A DNA stretch of 64,000 nt from a virus: positions 1 through 64,000 of IMG/VR virus record IMGVR_UViG_3300045971_000385, one strand, 5' to 3'. The notes under the pieces were generated by a model. That model made no database searches. It was not told the origin of the DNA and was given only the letters and a program-made list of their open reading frames with translations. The position numbers were made by a program, and so were the translations under genes. Shown here piece after piece: positions 16,834-26,708 of this stretch; position 1 is the first letter of the stretch; each line of letters begins with the position of its first letter.

Positions 16834-18741
16834 ATGGTAAAGCAAAAAACAATTGAAGAAAAATTCAAAAAATTAAACGAGGTGGAGCATGTATTGCTCC
16901 GCCCAGGTCGTTATATTGGTTCTATTACTCCACATACCGAAGTAGCTCATGTCTATGATCAAGTAGCTAAGAAGATGGTAAAGGAAGAAGTAACTTATAA
17001 CCCAGGTTTCTTGAAACTCTTCGACGAAGTTATTTCTAATTCAATCGATCATTCAAAACGACCAGAAGGAAAAGCTTTAGATATTATTCGCATTGATTTT
17101 GATCAAGCGAAGGGCGAAATTTCTATCTACGATAATGGTGGTATTCCTGTTTTAAAACACAAGGAATATAATCAGTGGATTCCTGAAATGATTTTTGAAC
17201 TTCGCGCCGGTTCAAACTTTGATGACGATGACCAAGCAATGCTTACAGGTCAAAATGGTGAGGGTGCAGCTCTTACCAACATTTTCTCTAACAAGTTTGT
17301 AGTTGAAACTTGTGATGGCAAAAATAAATTCAAAATGGTATTTGAGAATAATTCTCAGAACCGTCATGAAGCAAAAGTTACTCCTGCTGAAGGTGCAAAA
17401 GGTTTTACTCGTATTACTTATTCTCCAGATTTCGAAAAGCTTGGATGCGAATTTACAGATGATAATCTGAAAATGCTGCTAAAGCGAGTAGTTGATGTGG
17501 CTGGTTTAAATACAAACCTAAAAGTATATTGGGATGGTGAACGTATTCCTACTCGTTCTTTTAAGGACTATGTTGAGCTGTACACTGGTGCTGATGGTGA
17601 TTATGCGTATGATGAAACAGAAAATTGGAAAGTTGCTGTTTGCGCGTCAGAAGATGGATTCCAACATGTCTCATTTGTGAATGGTACTAACACTAAAGAA
17701 GGTGGTACACATATTCTTTATGCTGGTATGCAGATATGGGAACGCATTCGCGAATACATTAAAAAGAAAAACAAGATTGATATTAAGCCATCTGAATTGC
17801 GCCAGCATATGATGCTGTTTATTGATTGTTCGATGGTCAATCCACGTTACTCTTCTCAAACAAAAGAAAATCTTATTACTGAAGTTAAGGATTATAAAAC
17901 ATCCTATGAAGTTACTGATAAGATGATTAACAAGATTGTAAAATCTTCAATCATTCAATCTATTCTCGATTGGGCACAAGCAAAAGCTCTTCAAGAAGAA
18001 ATGAAAGAATTGCGCAAGATGAATAAGGATGCAGCTAAAACTGATCCTAAGCGTGTTGATAAATTCTCTGATGCTATTGAAAAGAAAGAACGGTCTAAGT
18101 GCGAATTGTATTTGGCTGAGGGTGATTCAGCTAGAAAATCTATTCAAGAAGTTCGCGGTAAGAATCCATATATTGGATCTTATGCACTTCGTGGCAAGCT
18201 ATTAAATGTTACTGATTGCAAAACAGAAGATATTCTGGGCAACAATGAAATCGCAAACTTGTTAACAATTATCGGTTTAAAAATCGGTGAGAAAGTTAAG
18301 AGTGTAGATGAACTGCGATTTGGTAAAATTGTTATGATGACAGATCAGGATTTGGATGGACATCACATCTCATCTTTGCTGTTTAATTTCTTTGCTAAAT
18401 TCTGGCCAGAGCTGTTTGATCTTGGCGTCATCTATAAGTTAACAACTCCTCTGGTTATTGCTAAAACAAAAACTGAAGAGTTTGAATTTACCGATGATAT
18501 TGAATTTGAAACTTGGGCTAAGAAAGCTCCCAAGTTTACTTTTGAGCGTTTTAAAGGTCTTGGAACATTTACTTCTAGTGAGTTCGGAAAAATTATCAGT
18601 AAGCGCGAATTGTATCTCACAAAGATTGATAAACTTGAATCAAAAGATTTTGCTGCAATCAATTTAGCTTTCTCAGGTTCAGAAGCAGATGCTCGAAAAG
18701 AATGGTTGAATGGTGCTTCGTATTTCCACGAGTACGATTAA
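16834..18741 (+). CDS. gp39: DNA topoisomerase II large subunit (GHKL ATPase + TOPRIM; T4 gp39+gp60-like)
   Basis: EHVLLRPGRYIGS, EVISNSID, DNGG, GQNGEGA, EGDSA, LRGK, DQDLDG, RFKGLG. Confidence 0.95.
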   Translation: MVKQKTIEEKFKKLNEVEHVLLRPGRYIGSITPHTEVAHVYDQVAKKMVKEEVTYNPGFLKLFDEVISNSIDHSKRPEGKALDIIRIDFDQAKGEISIYDNGGIPVLKHKEYNQWIPEMIFELRAGSNFDDDDQAMLTGQNGEGAALTNIFSNKFVVETCDGKNKFKMVFENNSQNRHEAKVTPAEGAKGFTRITYSPDFEKLGCEFTDDNLKMLLKRVVDVAGLNTNLKVYWDGERIPTRSFKDYVELYTGADGDYAYDETENWKVAVCASEDGFQHVSFVNGTNTKEGGTHILYAGMQIWERIREYIKKKNKIDIKPSELRQHMMLFIDCSMVNPRYSSQTKENLITEVKDYKTSYEVTDKMINKIVKSSIIQSILDWAQAKALQEEMKELRKMNKDAAKTDPKRVDKFSDAIEKKERSKCELYLAEGDSARKSIQEVRGKNPYIGSYALRGKLLNVTDCKTEDILGNNEIANLLTIIGLKIGEKVKSVDELRFGKIVMMTDQDLDGHHISSLLFNFFAKFWPELFDLGVIYKLTTPLVIAKTKTEEFEFTDDIEFETWAKKAPKFTFERFKGLGTFTSSEFGKIISKRELYLTKIDKLESKDFAAINLAFSGSEADARKEWLNGASYFHEYD

Positions 18742-18742
18742 G

Positions 18743-18771
18743 ATTACTTTTATCTGATTACGTGATATAAT
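18743..18771 (+). promoter_or_regulatory. probable early-type promoter
   Basis: ATTACT-17 bp-TATAAT(18766-71) with TG extension. Confidence 0.55.
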
Positions 18772-18781
18772 ATTAAAATTA

Positions 18782-20182
18782 ATGGATGAAACTATGAAAC
18801 CAGCTAAAGCGTCAAAAGCAGTCGCACAAGAAACAAACTTCACTCTCGGTAAAACAGCATCAACGGATGTATTTTCATTCTTTGATTCTCATTTAAAACT
18901 TTACTCAGCTCATTCAAATGTCCGAGGAATTCCTTTCCTCGGAGATGGATTTAAACAAGCCCAACGAAAAGCTGTTTGGGGTATGGTTGCTCGTGGAGAA
19001 AATTCAGGTAAAAATACAGTTGAACGTATTGCTGCAGCTTGCGCATCTGATACCGATTACCACCACGGTGTTGGTTCTTTGGAAGGTACTATTGTTGGTC
19101 TTGCACAAGATTTTGCTGGCTCGAACAACATGAATCTTTTATGTCCTGAGGGTCAGTTTGGTTCTCGACTTGATAAGAAACCATCTGCTTCTCGATACAT
19201 TAAAACACAACTGCACGAAAATTTTAGAAAGCTGTATCGTAAAGATGACGATGCTATTATGGAATTTAATTATTCTAATGGCGATAAAATTGAACCTAAG
19301 TTCTTTATTCCTATTCTACCAACAGTGCTGATTAATGGTGCACAAGGTATGGGTACTGGACATGCAACGATGATCTTCAGTTATAATCCTTCTGAGATCA
19401 AAGATGCAGTATTGAAATTACTTAGCGGAAAGAAATTAACTAATTACGATTTAACTCCTTGGTTCACAGGATTTAAAGGCGAAGTTGAACGTGATAAAAC
19501 AACAGGTCAAGTGTCAACAAAAGGTAAATTAACGGTTGTGAATTCTACAACTATTAAAATTACTGAATTGCCAGTTGGTATGGAGTCAGATCCATTTGAA
19601 TCAAAACTATTCAAGCTGCAAGATAAAGGTTTGATTACTGATTTTGATAATCAATGGGATGATGGTTTTGATATCACTGTTAAAGTTCCGCGTTCTACCA
19701 CAACTAAATCTGAAGAAGAACTTTATAAGATGTTCAGTTTAGTTTCAAAAGATTCTGAAAACTTTACCGTGTGGAGTACAAATGGTCATATTAAAAAGTT
19801 TGAAGCTCCAGAAGAAATGATTTCCGAGTTCGTGAATTGGCGCCTTACTATGTATGAAGCCCGTTTACAGAAACAAATTGAAAGTGCAAATGAATCTATT
19901 GTTTGGTCCTCAATGAAAATTCGGTTCATTAAATTTTATCTTAAAAATATTATGTTGTTTAAAAATTCTGGTAAAAAGGAATTGATTGCAATGTTGATTG
20001 AGAATGATTTTTCTGAATATGATCGTCTGCTTAGCATGAGCATTTGGAATCTAACTAAAGATAAAATTGCTGAGTTAGAAAAGGAATTAGATGAATATAA
20101 AGCGGTGCTGAAATCTTTGGAAGAAGATTCAGCTAATGAAATGTACAAAAGAGAACTGAAAGATTTTAGATACGCATCATGA
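18782..20182 (+). CDS. gp52: DNA topoisomerase II medium subunit (T4 gp52-like)
   Basis: DGFKQAQRK, YHHG, GQFGSR, SASRYI (catalytic Tyr), LINGAQGMGTG, ITELP. Confidence 0.95.
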   Translation: MDETMKPAKASKAVAQETNFTLGKTASTDVFSFFDSHLKLYSAHSNVRGIPFLGDGFKQAQRKAVWGMVARGENSGKNTVERIAAACASDTDYHHGVGSLEGTIVGLAQDFAGSNNMNLLCPEGQFGSRLDKKPSASRYIKTQLHENFRKLYRKDDDAIMEFNYSNGDKIEPKFFIPILPTVLINGAQGMGTGHATMIFSYNPSEIKDAVLKLLSGKKLTNYDLTPWFTGFKGEVERDKTTGQVSTKGKLTVVNSTTIKITELPVGMESDPFESKLFKLQDKGLITDFDNQWDDGFDITVKVPRSTTTKSEEELYKMFSLVSKDSENFTVWSTNGHIKKFEAPEEMISEFVNWRLTMYEARLQKQIESANESIVWSSMKIRFIKFYLKNIMLFKNSGKKELIAMLIENDFSEYDRLLSMSIWNLTKDKIAELEKELDEYKAVLKSLEEDSANEMYKRELKDFRYAS

Positions 20183-20361
20183 TTATTTTACTTTACATTA
20201 TATTGTTTCTTGTTGTTTGGTTAGTTGCTAGTTTTGCATATGTGTTTTCTCACATAGGCGAACCAGATAGAAGAGTGACTAAGACTCGAAGATTTTTCGA
20301 GCGCACCTTTTGCTTTCCATTATTGGCTGCATCGTATATTTTTGATAAATTGAGAAAATAA
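20179..20361 (+). CDS. small membrane protein
   Basis: N-terminal hydrophobic helix; ATGA-coupled. Confidence 0.65.
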   Translation: MIILLYIILFLVVWLVASFAYVFSHIGEPDRRVTKTRRFFERTFCFPLLAASYIFDKLRK

Positions 20362-20684
20362 TGGATTCCCCAGCAAAGCCCAAAATTAAACCTACTGTTT
20401 ACTTAAGCAAGTTAGCTGATTTAAGTGCTCATCCGGAAATTAACTTTGTTGTTATAACTGATTCGTCATTGCGCTATGATGATGGATATGGTTCTTCAAA
20501 CAATCCAAGTACATCAACACTTAATTATTTAAGTTTAATGGGTTTAGAAGATGAGGAATCCGTTAAAGCATGGATTAGATCCAATATGGATACGAAATAC
20601 TCGAGTGTTAAGGAATATAAAATCTTTAAAGTTTCTCCTGTTCAAATAATGACTGAGGTATCAATTTCAGTTTCAATGTCTTAA
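20361..20684 (+). CDS. hypothetical protein, paralog of next ORF
   Basis: INFVVITDSSLRYDD vs VNFIVLEDESMRYEN. Confidence 0.7.
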   Translation: MDSPAKPKIKPTVYLSKLADLSAHPEINFVVITDSSLRYDDGYGSSNNPSTSTLNYLSLMGLEDEESVKAWIRSNMDTKYSSVKEYKIFKVSPVQIMTEVSISVSMS

Positions 20685-20695
20685 TTGGAAATAAA

Positions 20696-21022
20696 ATGAA
20701 TGATAAATCTGCAGTAGAGAAGCATATTACTGCTCTAGGTGTTCACCTGGCATCAATTAGCGATCTGAGAAATAACAAAAATGTTAATTTCATTGTGTTA
20801 GAAGATGAATCAATGCGATATGAAAATGATATTTCATATCAGGACACTATGAATCAACCTCAATTCGAACATAGAAAATTTATGTCAATGCGCGGATTTG
20901 AAACTCATGATCAAGCACTAACATGGGTAAAAGAAAATATTAATCGTCATCGTGGCACCTCTTCAGTAGATTTTCAGGTTATAAGAGTAAGTCAAATGAT
21001 GGTAAATATTTCATTAACGTAA
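20696..21022 (+). CDS. hypothetical protein, paralog of previous ORF
   Basis: see above. Confidence 0.7.
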   Translation: MNDKSAVEKHITALGVHLASISDLRNNKNVNFIVLEDESMRYENDISYQDTMNQPQFEHRKFMSMRGFETHDQALTWVKENINRHRGTSSVDFQVIRVSQMMVNISLT

Positions 21023-21033
21023 GGCAAAATAAA

Positions 21034-21345
21034 ATGCTGTTATCAAGAATACAAATTGCTAATGATATTGGAAACATGAAAGACAAGATTACAGCTTGCA
21101 TCTTTCCACCATTTACAGCAAATTTAGAATTTACTTATCATTTTTACGATAATGTACCCATAGAAGAAGACAATTTTAGCAAAATTTTATTCACTTATAT
21201 TGAATTTGCTATTGGTGATGGGACCCTTGCCGATTTTATTGCTCAACTAAGTCGTATTCAATCTGTTATACCTGGCGATGCACAAATAACCACAGTTAAT
21301 GGTTATGAAATGGTTAAAATTATCTTCTCGAAAGAATATAAATGA
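21034..21345 (+). CDS. hypothetical protein
   Basis: ORF in operon. Confidence 0.65.
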   Translation: MLLSRIQIANDIGNMKDKITACIFPPFTANLEFTYHFYDNVPIEEDNFSKILFTYIEFAIGDGTLADFIAQLSRIQSVIPGDAQITTVNGYEMVKIIFSKEYK

Positions 21346-22046
21346 ATGCAAAAGATGCTAGAGATGTTTTAGGTTTAGGTCCTACTGGGAGTCCAGTTGA
21401 AATTAAGAAGGCATATCAGCGTCTTGCAATGATTCATCATCCAGATCGTCCAAATGGAAGTGATATAAAATTTAAAAAGATCAATGAAGCATATAATGTT
21501 TTAAACAATATTTTTAATAACACGTACTATGATAATACGCCTATTATCATGTTGCCTATTTCCATCTTAGAAGCTTTTACTGGTTGTATAAAGACTGTAA
21601 CTATTGATGGCCGTGATGTTGATGTCTGTATCCCAGAGGGATCCTTAAGTAATGATCGCATTGAGTCTTCTGATGCTGTTACAATTATAGTCATGATTCA
21701 TTCTGATTTCACTATTGATTTAGGAACAAATGGTGATAATACTCGTGGTGATGTAACTAAGACTGTTATAGTATCTCCATTCTTAATGATGACTGGCGGA
21801 TTTATAGATGTAGAAATGCTAGATGGTTTTAAAGTTAAAGTTCGTGTACCTGAAGGATTAGCATCTAATTCATTATTAAAAGTGTCTAGACGCGGTTATT
21901 TTAGAGGATATGCTTGTGAAGATCGCGGAGATTGCTATCTTAGAATAGTTCCAGAGATTAAAAAGCTAAATGAATTTACTGACAAAGAGCTTTTCAATTT
22001 TGAACAAGCTTTAATGATCGCCAGAACCGGCGGACTAGATGAATAG
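21342..22046 (+). CDS. J-domain co-chaperone with DnaJ C-terminal-like domain (copy 1)
   Basis: [16 protein letters not shown]...FKKINEAY; ISILEAFTG; GDCYLRI. Confidence 0.85.
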   Translation: MNAKDARDVLGLGPTGSPVEIKKAYQRLAMIHHPDRPNGSDIKFKKINEAYNVLNNIFNNTYYDNTPIIMLPISILEAFTGCIKTVTIDGRDVDVCIPEGSLSNDRIESSDAVTIIVMIHSDFTIDLGTNGDNTRGDVTKTVIVSPFLMMTGGFIDVEMLDGFKVKVRVPEGLASNSLLKVSRRGYFRGYACEDRGDCYLRIVPEIKKLNEFTDKELFNFEQALMIARTGGLDE

Positions 22047-22932
22047 TTTTGAAGCGAGAAAAATATTAAATGTAGATAAAAATGCTACTGATGAAGAGCT
22101 AAAGAAAGCATATCGTCGATGCGCAATGGACTTCCATCCCGATAGACCAAATGGGGATGCAGTAAAATTTAGAAATGCAAAAGGTGCATATGATTTTCTT
22201 TTAGATAATAAAGATGTAAAAGAAGAAGCACAATATTCTTGGACTCAAGAAAGTAAACCATCTCCATCACCAGGATTTAAACGTGGCAAACGCCCAAAGC
22301 TAGATGATTTAGATGATAGTGGATGGATGGGCAGTGGCGATTTCGCAAAGAGCTACAAGTCCAATAGTCAAGGATTTAATGCACCAAGTACCTGTAAAGA
22401 ATATGTAGACATTTCATTAGATGAAGCATTTCGTGGTACAAATTTTAAGAAAACCGAAATATTAGATTCAAATGGATCTAACATTATAATCAATATTCCA
22501 CGTGGGGTAAAGGAAGGTGATTATTTATCTGAAGTTGTAGTTGGCCGTAATGGTCATATGTCTCAGACTAAATTTATGTTCTATGCGAGAATAGTAAGTA
22601 GTTTTAATATCACATTCGAGCATGCTAATAAATTGTTAAATGGTGATATTGAAAAAGACTTAGAGATTTCTCCTTTCTTAATGATTGTCGGTGGAACAGT
22701 AACTATTCGTGCAATTGATGACACTATGATTGAGGTTACGATTCCTGCAGGCCTTGGTGCGAATAAATTGCTTAGATTAGAAGGTAAGGGTTATTGGACA
22801 GATGAGACATGTAGGTCGAGGGGTAATTGCTATTTTAGGGTAGTACCAAGAATTAAAAAACTTAATGATATAAGTGCCGATGAAATGAGGGAGTTTCTAG
22901 ATGCAGTTAAAACAAAATATTCTAACATATAA
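22039..22932 (+). CDS. J-domain co-chaperone with DnaJ C-terminal-like domain (copy 2)
   Basis: [16 protein letters not shown]; ISLDEAFRG; IPAG...LRLEGKG; GNCYFRV. Confidence 0.85.
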   Translation: MNSFEARKILNVDKNATDEELKKAYRRCAMDFHPDRPNGDAVKFRNAKGAYDFLLDNKDVKEEAQYSWTQESKPSPSPGFKRGKRPKLDDLDDSGWMGSGDFAKSYKSNSQGFNAPSTCKEYVDISLDEAFRGTNFKKTEILDSNGSNIIINIPRGVKEGDYLSEVVVGRNGHMSQTKFMFYARIVSSFNITFEHANKLLNGDIEKDLEISPFLMIVGGTVTIRAIDDTMIEVTIPAGLGANKLLRLEGKGYWTDETCRSRGNCYFRVVPRIKKLNDISADEMREFLDAVKTKYSNI

Positions 22933-23470
22933 TTATTATGGACTAGCTAAAATAATAAGTGGCGGGCAATGGGGTGCAGATAGGGGCGGCTTAGAAGCTG
23001 CTAAAGCATTTGGTGTTGATACTGGTGGTTGTGCTCCTAAGGGCTGGAGAACAAGTGCAGCCCCCGCACCCGAGCTTGCAGACTTTGGGCTAGTTGAAAA
23101 TAATTCTGAAGACTTTGCCAATAGGACTAGAATAAACATAAACCTTTCGGATGCAACTATTATTATTGCGACCAATATTAATTCTCCTGGTACTAGATTA
23201 ACAATTAGACTGTGTAAATTATATGGAAAGCCGTTTCATGTTGTTGACATAGATAATTTTAAGACCAACAAAGAAGATGAAATTAGTTTACTAACAGATT
23301 TTATAATTGGTACTGCACCAGTGGTTGTAAATGTTGCTGGCAATAGAGATTATCCTGATCGCTCTGGAAACATTATTCTGATTCACGGACTATTAGCATT
23401 TGATATTATGACTAAATTATTCAAACAGCTACGAGAACTAAAAAAGCTGATATTAATTAGCGATAAATAA
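22901..23470 (+). CDS. SLOG-superfamily 'putative molybdenum carrier' protein
   Basis: [31 protein letters not shown]...SDAT, GTRLT, VNVAGNR; exact start uncertain. Confidence 0.75.
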   Translation: MQLKQNILTYNYYGLAKIISGGQWGADRGGLEAAKAFGVDTGGCAPKGWRTSAAPAPELADFGLVENNSEDFANRTRININLSDATIIIATNINSPGTRLTIRLCKLYGKPFHVVDIDNFKTNKEDEISLLTDFIIGTAPVVVNVAGNRDYPDRSGNIILIHGLLAFDIMTKLFKQLRELKKLILISDK

Positions 23471-23506
23471 ATTCATCAATATATAACAAATAACAACAGG
23501 ATATAA

Positions 23507-24454
23507 ATGGAACAGACTTACCTAGAATATCAAGAGCAAGCATACCTTGACTTGCTTAAGAAAGTATTAGAAACTGGCGAAGAAAAAATTGATCGTACTG
23601 GAGTAGGTACGAAATCATTATTTGGAACTTCACTTAAATTTGATCTAAGTGAAAAGTTTCCAATGTTAACAACAAAAAGAATTTTTGTTAAACCTGTATT
23701 TGGTGAATTGCTTTGGTTCCTGGAAGGATCCGGAGATGAAAGACGCCTAGCAGAAATTACTTATGGCACTCGAGACAAAGAACGAACTACTATTTGGACA
23801 GCCAATGCTGAGGCTTCATATTGGAAACCAAAAGCTGCATATGAAGGTGATCTGGGGCGAGTATACGGTGTGCAGTGGCGTAAATGGAGAACAACAAAGC
23901 TCTCTAGTATTGGTGATATTGTTCATCATATTGATGGTGGATATACTGTATTTGATACTAAGGCGACTGTTACTGAACTGGATCAGATTGCCCAAGTAAT
24001 TAATTCACTTAAAAATAATCCAGCAGATCGTCGTATGATGATTACAGCTTTTAATCCTGGTGAGATTGATCAAATGGCATTACCTCCATGCCACATGTTC
24101 GCACAATTCCATGTTAATCAGCAAACTAAAAAACTTAATTGTCAAATGTATATGAGGTCAGTTGATTTATTTTTAGGATTACCTTTTAATATTGCTTCTT
24201 ATGCTCTCTTAACAAAAATGCTGGCACATGTAACTGGATTAACTGCAGGTGAATTGACTATCGCTATGGGTGATACGCACATTTATCTAAATCATTTAGA
24301 GCAAGTTAAAGAACAGTTGTCTAGAACACCATATGAAATGCCTACAGTTACATTAGATGAATCAATTACCAATATTGATGATTTTAAAATGGAACATATC
24401 AAGCTTAATGATTATCAATATCATCCAGCAATTAAAGCCCCGATGGCTGTATAA
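23507..24454 (+). CDS. thyA: thymidylate synthase ThyA
   Basis: DRTGVGT, ELLWFL, YGVQWR, ALPPCH, RSVDLFLGLPFNIASY, GDTHIY, IKAPMAV C-terminus. Confidence 0.97.
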   Translation: MEQTYLEYQEQAYLDLLKKVLETGEEKIDRTGVGTKSLFGTSLKFDLSEKFPMLTTKRIFVKPVFGELLWFLEGSGDERRLAEITYGTRDKERTTIWTANAEASYWKPKAAYEGDLGRVYGVQWRKWRTTKLSSIGDIVHHIDGGYTVFDTKATVTELDQIAQVINSLKNNPADRRMMITAFNPGEIDQMALPPCHMFAQFHVNQQTKKLNCQMYMRSVDLFLGLPFNIASYALLTKMLAHVTGLTAGELTIAMGDTHIYLNHLEQVKEQLSRTPYEMPTVTLDESITNIDDFKMEHIKLNDYQYHPAIKAPMAV

Positions 24455-24464
24455 GGAATATAAA

Positions 24465-24866
24465 ATGTTTAAACCTAAAGATGATTTGTCAAAACAATTA
24501 ATGCGCAGCATCCCTAAGAAGATGGCCGCTCTATTTGATAGAATGAATCTAAAACAAAATGTTGATTATTCTAGCGAGTTTATTTCTTGGTTTGTTTCAC
24601 CTAAAAATGGATGGGTTACATTTAATCTTCCAGATTCAGGTGATGAATTATTTAAAATAGAATGGACTGGTAATTATCTTAAGCCTAGAAATATTCAAGG
24701 TAGTGATAAACGCTTTGAACACCTTGCTGATAATCTTGAATTCTTAGTGGCTGTTGAAAGATCAATTTATAATAATCTCGAAAAGCTCATACCGAAGATT
24801 GAAAATAGTGCTCTTAAAATTGCTAATAAATTAATTAGTCAACGAGAAACACGCAATGAAGGATGA
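24465..24866 (+). CDS. hypothetical protein
   Basis: ATG at 24465 after AAGGA. Confidence 0.7.
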   Translation: MFKPKDDLSKQLMRSIPKKMAALFDRMNLKQNVDYSSEFISWFVSPKNGWVTFNLPDSGDELFKIEWTGNYLKPRNIQGSDKRFEHLADNLEFLVAVERSIYNNLEKLIPKIENSALKIANKLISQRETRNEG

Positions 24867-25305
24867 TCTTTTAGTTCACCATTTTAGAAATATATCAAAG
24901 ACTCCTCAAGGGGAGTTTTATGATTTACCTTATGGTGGTGCTTGTATTTTATCAAGAGAATTTGCACCAAATAAATTTTCTTTTTGGATGTACATTGTTT
25001 CGCATAAAGCAATTTACTATGGTGAAGAATTCGCTGAAACATTAAAAAGAAATTTAGCAGATATACCGGAACCGTATGGCACTATCGATTTTGATGGTGA
25101 TCGTGGCGATGATCTTATGCATACTATTGTTTCTTTTATGCTTCGTAAAACTAGTCGCGAAGATTCTTTTGAATCAAAACAGGTATATAGTACACTATCC
25201 TTATTATCTATATCACATGGCTATCCATGTGATCAAAGAGATTTTTCATGGCTTCTAGATAAGCTGAAAATAGAATATCCAGGAGAAGCAAAAAATGAAA
25301 GCTAA
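24856..25305 (+). CDS. hypothetical protein
   Basis: overlapping ORF in operon. Confidence 0.65.
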   Translation: MKDDLLVHHFRNISKTPQGEFYDLPYGGACILSREFAPNKFSFWMYIVSHKAIYYGEEFAETLKRNLADIPEPYGTIDFDGDRGDDLMHTIVSFMLRKTSREDSFESKQVYSTLSLLSISHGYPCDQRDFSWLLDKLKIEYPGEAKNES

Positions 25306-25795
25306 TATTTTATTTGGTAATATTCTAAGTGCTCGAGGGATTATTGTTCAGGGCTGCAATTCTCAGGGAGTAATGGGATCTGGATTAGCTAAAGATATTC
25401 GAGAAAAATGGCCATTAGTTTTTGATGTTTATGCTGACCACTTGAAAAGTAAAGATTTTAATTCAGGTACTGTTTTGGGGGATATCATTCCATTTCTCCC
25501 AAGTAATCAAGATGCAATTATTATGAATTGCATTACTCAGGAATTTTACGGGCGCGATACTAATATTAAGTATGTTAGCTATAAAGCTATTGACATAGCC
25601 TTTAGGAAAATCTATAGATGGATTAATGAAGCTAAGGCAGCGGGCGTTCTTTCTTGTTTAGATATTAATTATCCACTTATAGGCGCTGGTCTAGCTAATG
25701 GCGATTGGTCAGTCATATCAGCAATCATTGATAATGTTGCATCTGAGGAAGATCCAGGCAATTATATCAAACGAACTTTATGGATTAAAGAATGA
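25295..25795 (+). CDS. macrodomain (ADP-ribose binding/hydrolase)
   Basis: GNIL, IVQGCNSQGVMGSGLA, PLIGAGLANGDW. Confidence 0.9.
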   Translation: MKANILFGNILSARGIIVQGCNSQGVMGSGLAKDIREKWPLVFDVYADHLKSKDFNSGTVLGDIIPFLPSNQDAIIMNCITQEFYGRDTNIKYVSYKAIDIAFRKIYRWINEAKAAGVLSCLDINYPLIGAGLANGDWSVISAIIDNVASEEDPGNYIKRTLWIKE

Positions 25796-26052
25796 GCAAA
25801 TATGTCTGTAAGCACTGTGGCAGTACGAGCATATTAAAAGTTCATGGTAAATGTTCCGATATGTGTAATGTCCAACATGGATCATTTGTTGAAGTAGATG
25901 GATATGTTCCAAGAGGATTAGGAATTGGCGGTGGAGATTATTTAGAATTTGCTTTCTGTACAGAATGCGGTATGAAGCATGATTATAAGTATATTTCTCC
26001 TAAAGAAATTTTAGAAATACTTGCACCAACTAAGGATAATGAAGATGAGTAA
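25792..26052 (+). CDS. small Zn-finger hypothetical protein
   Basis: CKHC ... CTEC. Confidence 0.7.
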   Translation: MSKYVCKHCGSTSILKVHGKCSDMCNVQHGSFVEVDGYVPRGLGIGGGDYLEFAFCTECGMKHDYKYISPKEILEILAPTKDNEDE

Positions 26053-26659
26053 TTACACAACAAAGATTGGTTTATTTGGTACTTGCGGTAACAGTACATG
26101 GCGTGATGCATTTATTGAACAATACAATAAATTTGAAGTGGGTTTTTTCAATCCTCTTGTTAAAGATTGGGATCCATCATTAGCTGAAATAGAAGCATGG
26201 CATTTATCAAATGATGAAATCATTTTGTTTCCTGTGACAGATGAAACTTACGGGGTAGGTAGTTTAGCTGAGATTGGATTTTCAGTTTTATCTTCATTAA
26301 AACGTGAATTAAACAAACATGTTATAATTTACATTGCTCCTAAGGTTGATGAATCTAAATTAGCTGCAGTTGATAAGCAGGCTGTAAAAGATTCTAATAA
26401 TGCACGAGCTTTGGTTCTAGCCCACTTAAAAGCAAATCGGATGTCAAACATACACATCGTTAATAGCCTTTATGAAATGCTTGAGCTAAGTATTGTATTG
26501 TATGCTTCTGCAGAATTGCTATCCCTTGTTAAAATTCCAAACTGGCAGACTGGTATTCATTCGAGTCAGCTCAGAGAGATCATTAATATGATCGATCATA
26601 CTAAAGAATCAGTTGTAACTCGTAATGAAGATATTAAAGCCGGTGTGCCGCGATACTAA
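26045..26659 (+). CDS. nucleoside 2-deoxyribosyltransferase-like domain protein
   Basis: IGLFGTCGNSTWR, FFNPLVKDW, E, SLAEIG. Confidence 0.7.
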   Translation: MSNYTTKIGLFGTCGNSTWRDAFIEQYNKFEVGFFNPLVKDWDPSLAEIEAWHLSNDEIILFPVTDETYGVGSLAEIGFSVLSSLKRELNKHVIIYIAPKVDESKLAAVDKQAVKDSNNARALVLAHLKANRMSNIHIVNSLYEMLELSIVLYASAELLSLVKIPNWQTGIHSSQLREIINMIDHTKESVVTRNEDIKAGVPRY

Positions 26660-26675
26660 GTCAGAGTAACAAATC

Positions 26676-26708
26676 AATAAATAAGCTTATATTCACTATG
26701 AGCTTATT
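26676..26708 (+). promoter_or_regulatory. late-type promoter overlapping a hairpin that abuts the start codon
   Basis: AATAAATA 26676-83; arms AATAAGCTTATA(26680-91) / TATGAGCTTATT(26697-708); ATG 26709. Confidence 0.65.

Noticed and set aside
23507-24454. ThyA homolog as dCMP hydroxymethylase (hypermodified DNA)
   Set aside because: Has the dUMP-specifying Asn (PFNIASY) and canonical ThyA motifs and C-terminus
16834-24454. Introns, inteins or a gene-60-type translational bypass in topoisomerase or thyA
   Set aside because: ORFs are continuous and of normal length; the roughly 30-aa ThyA insertion has no intein motifs
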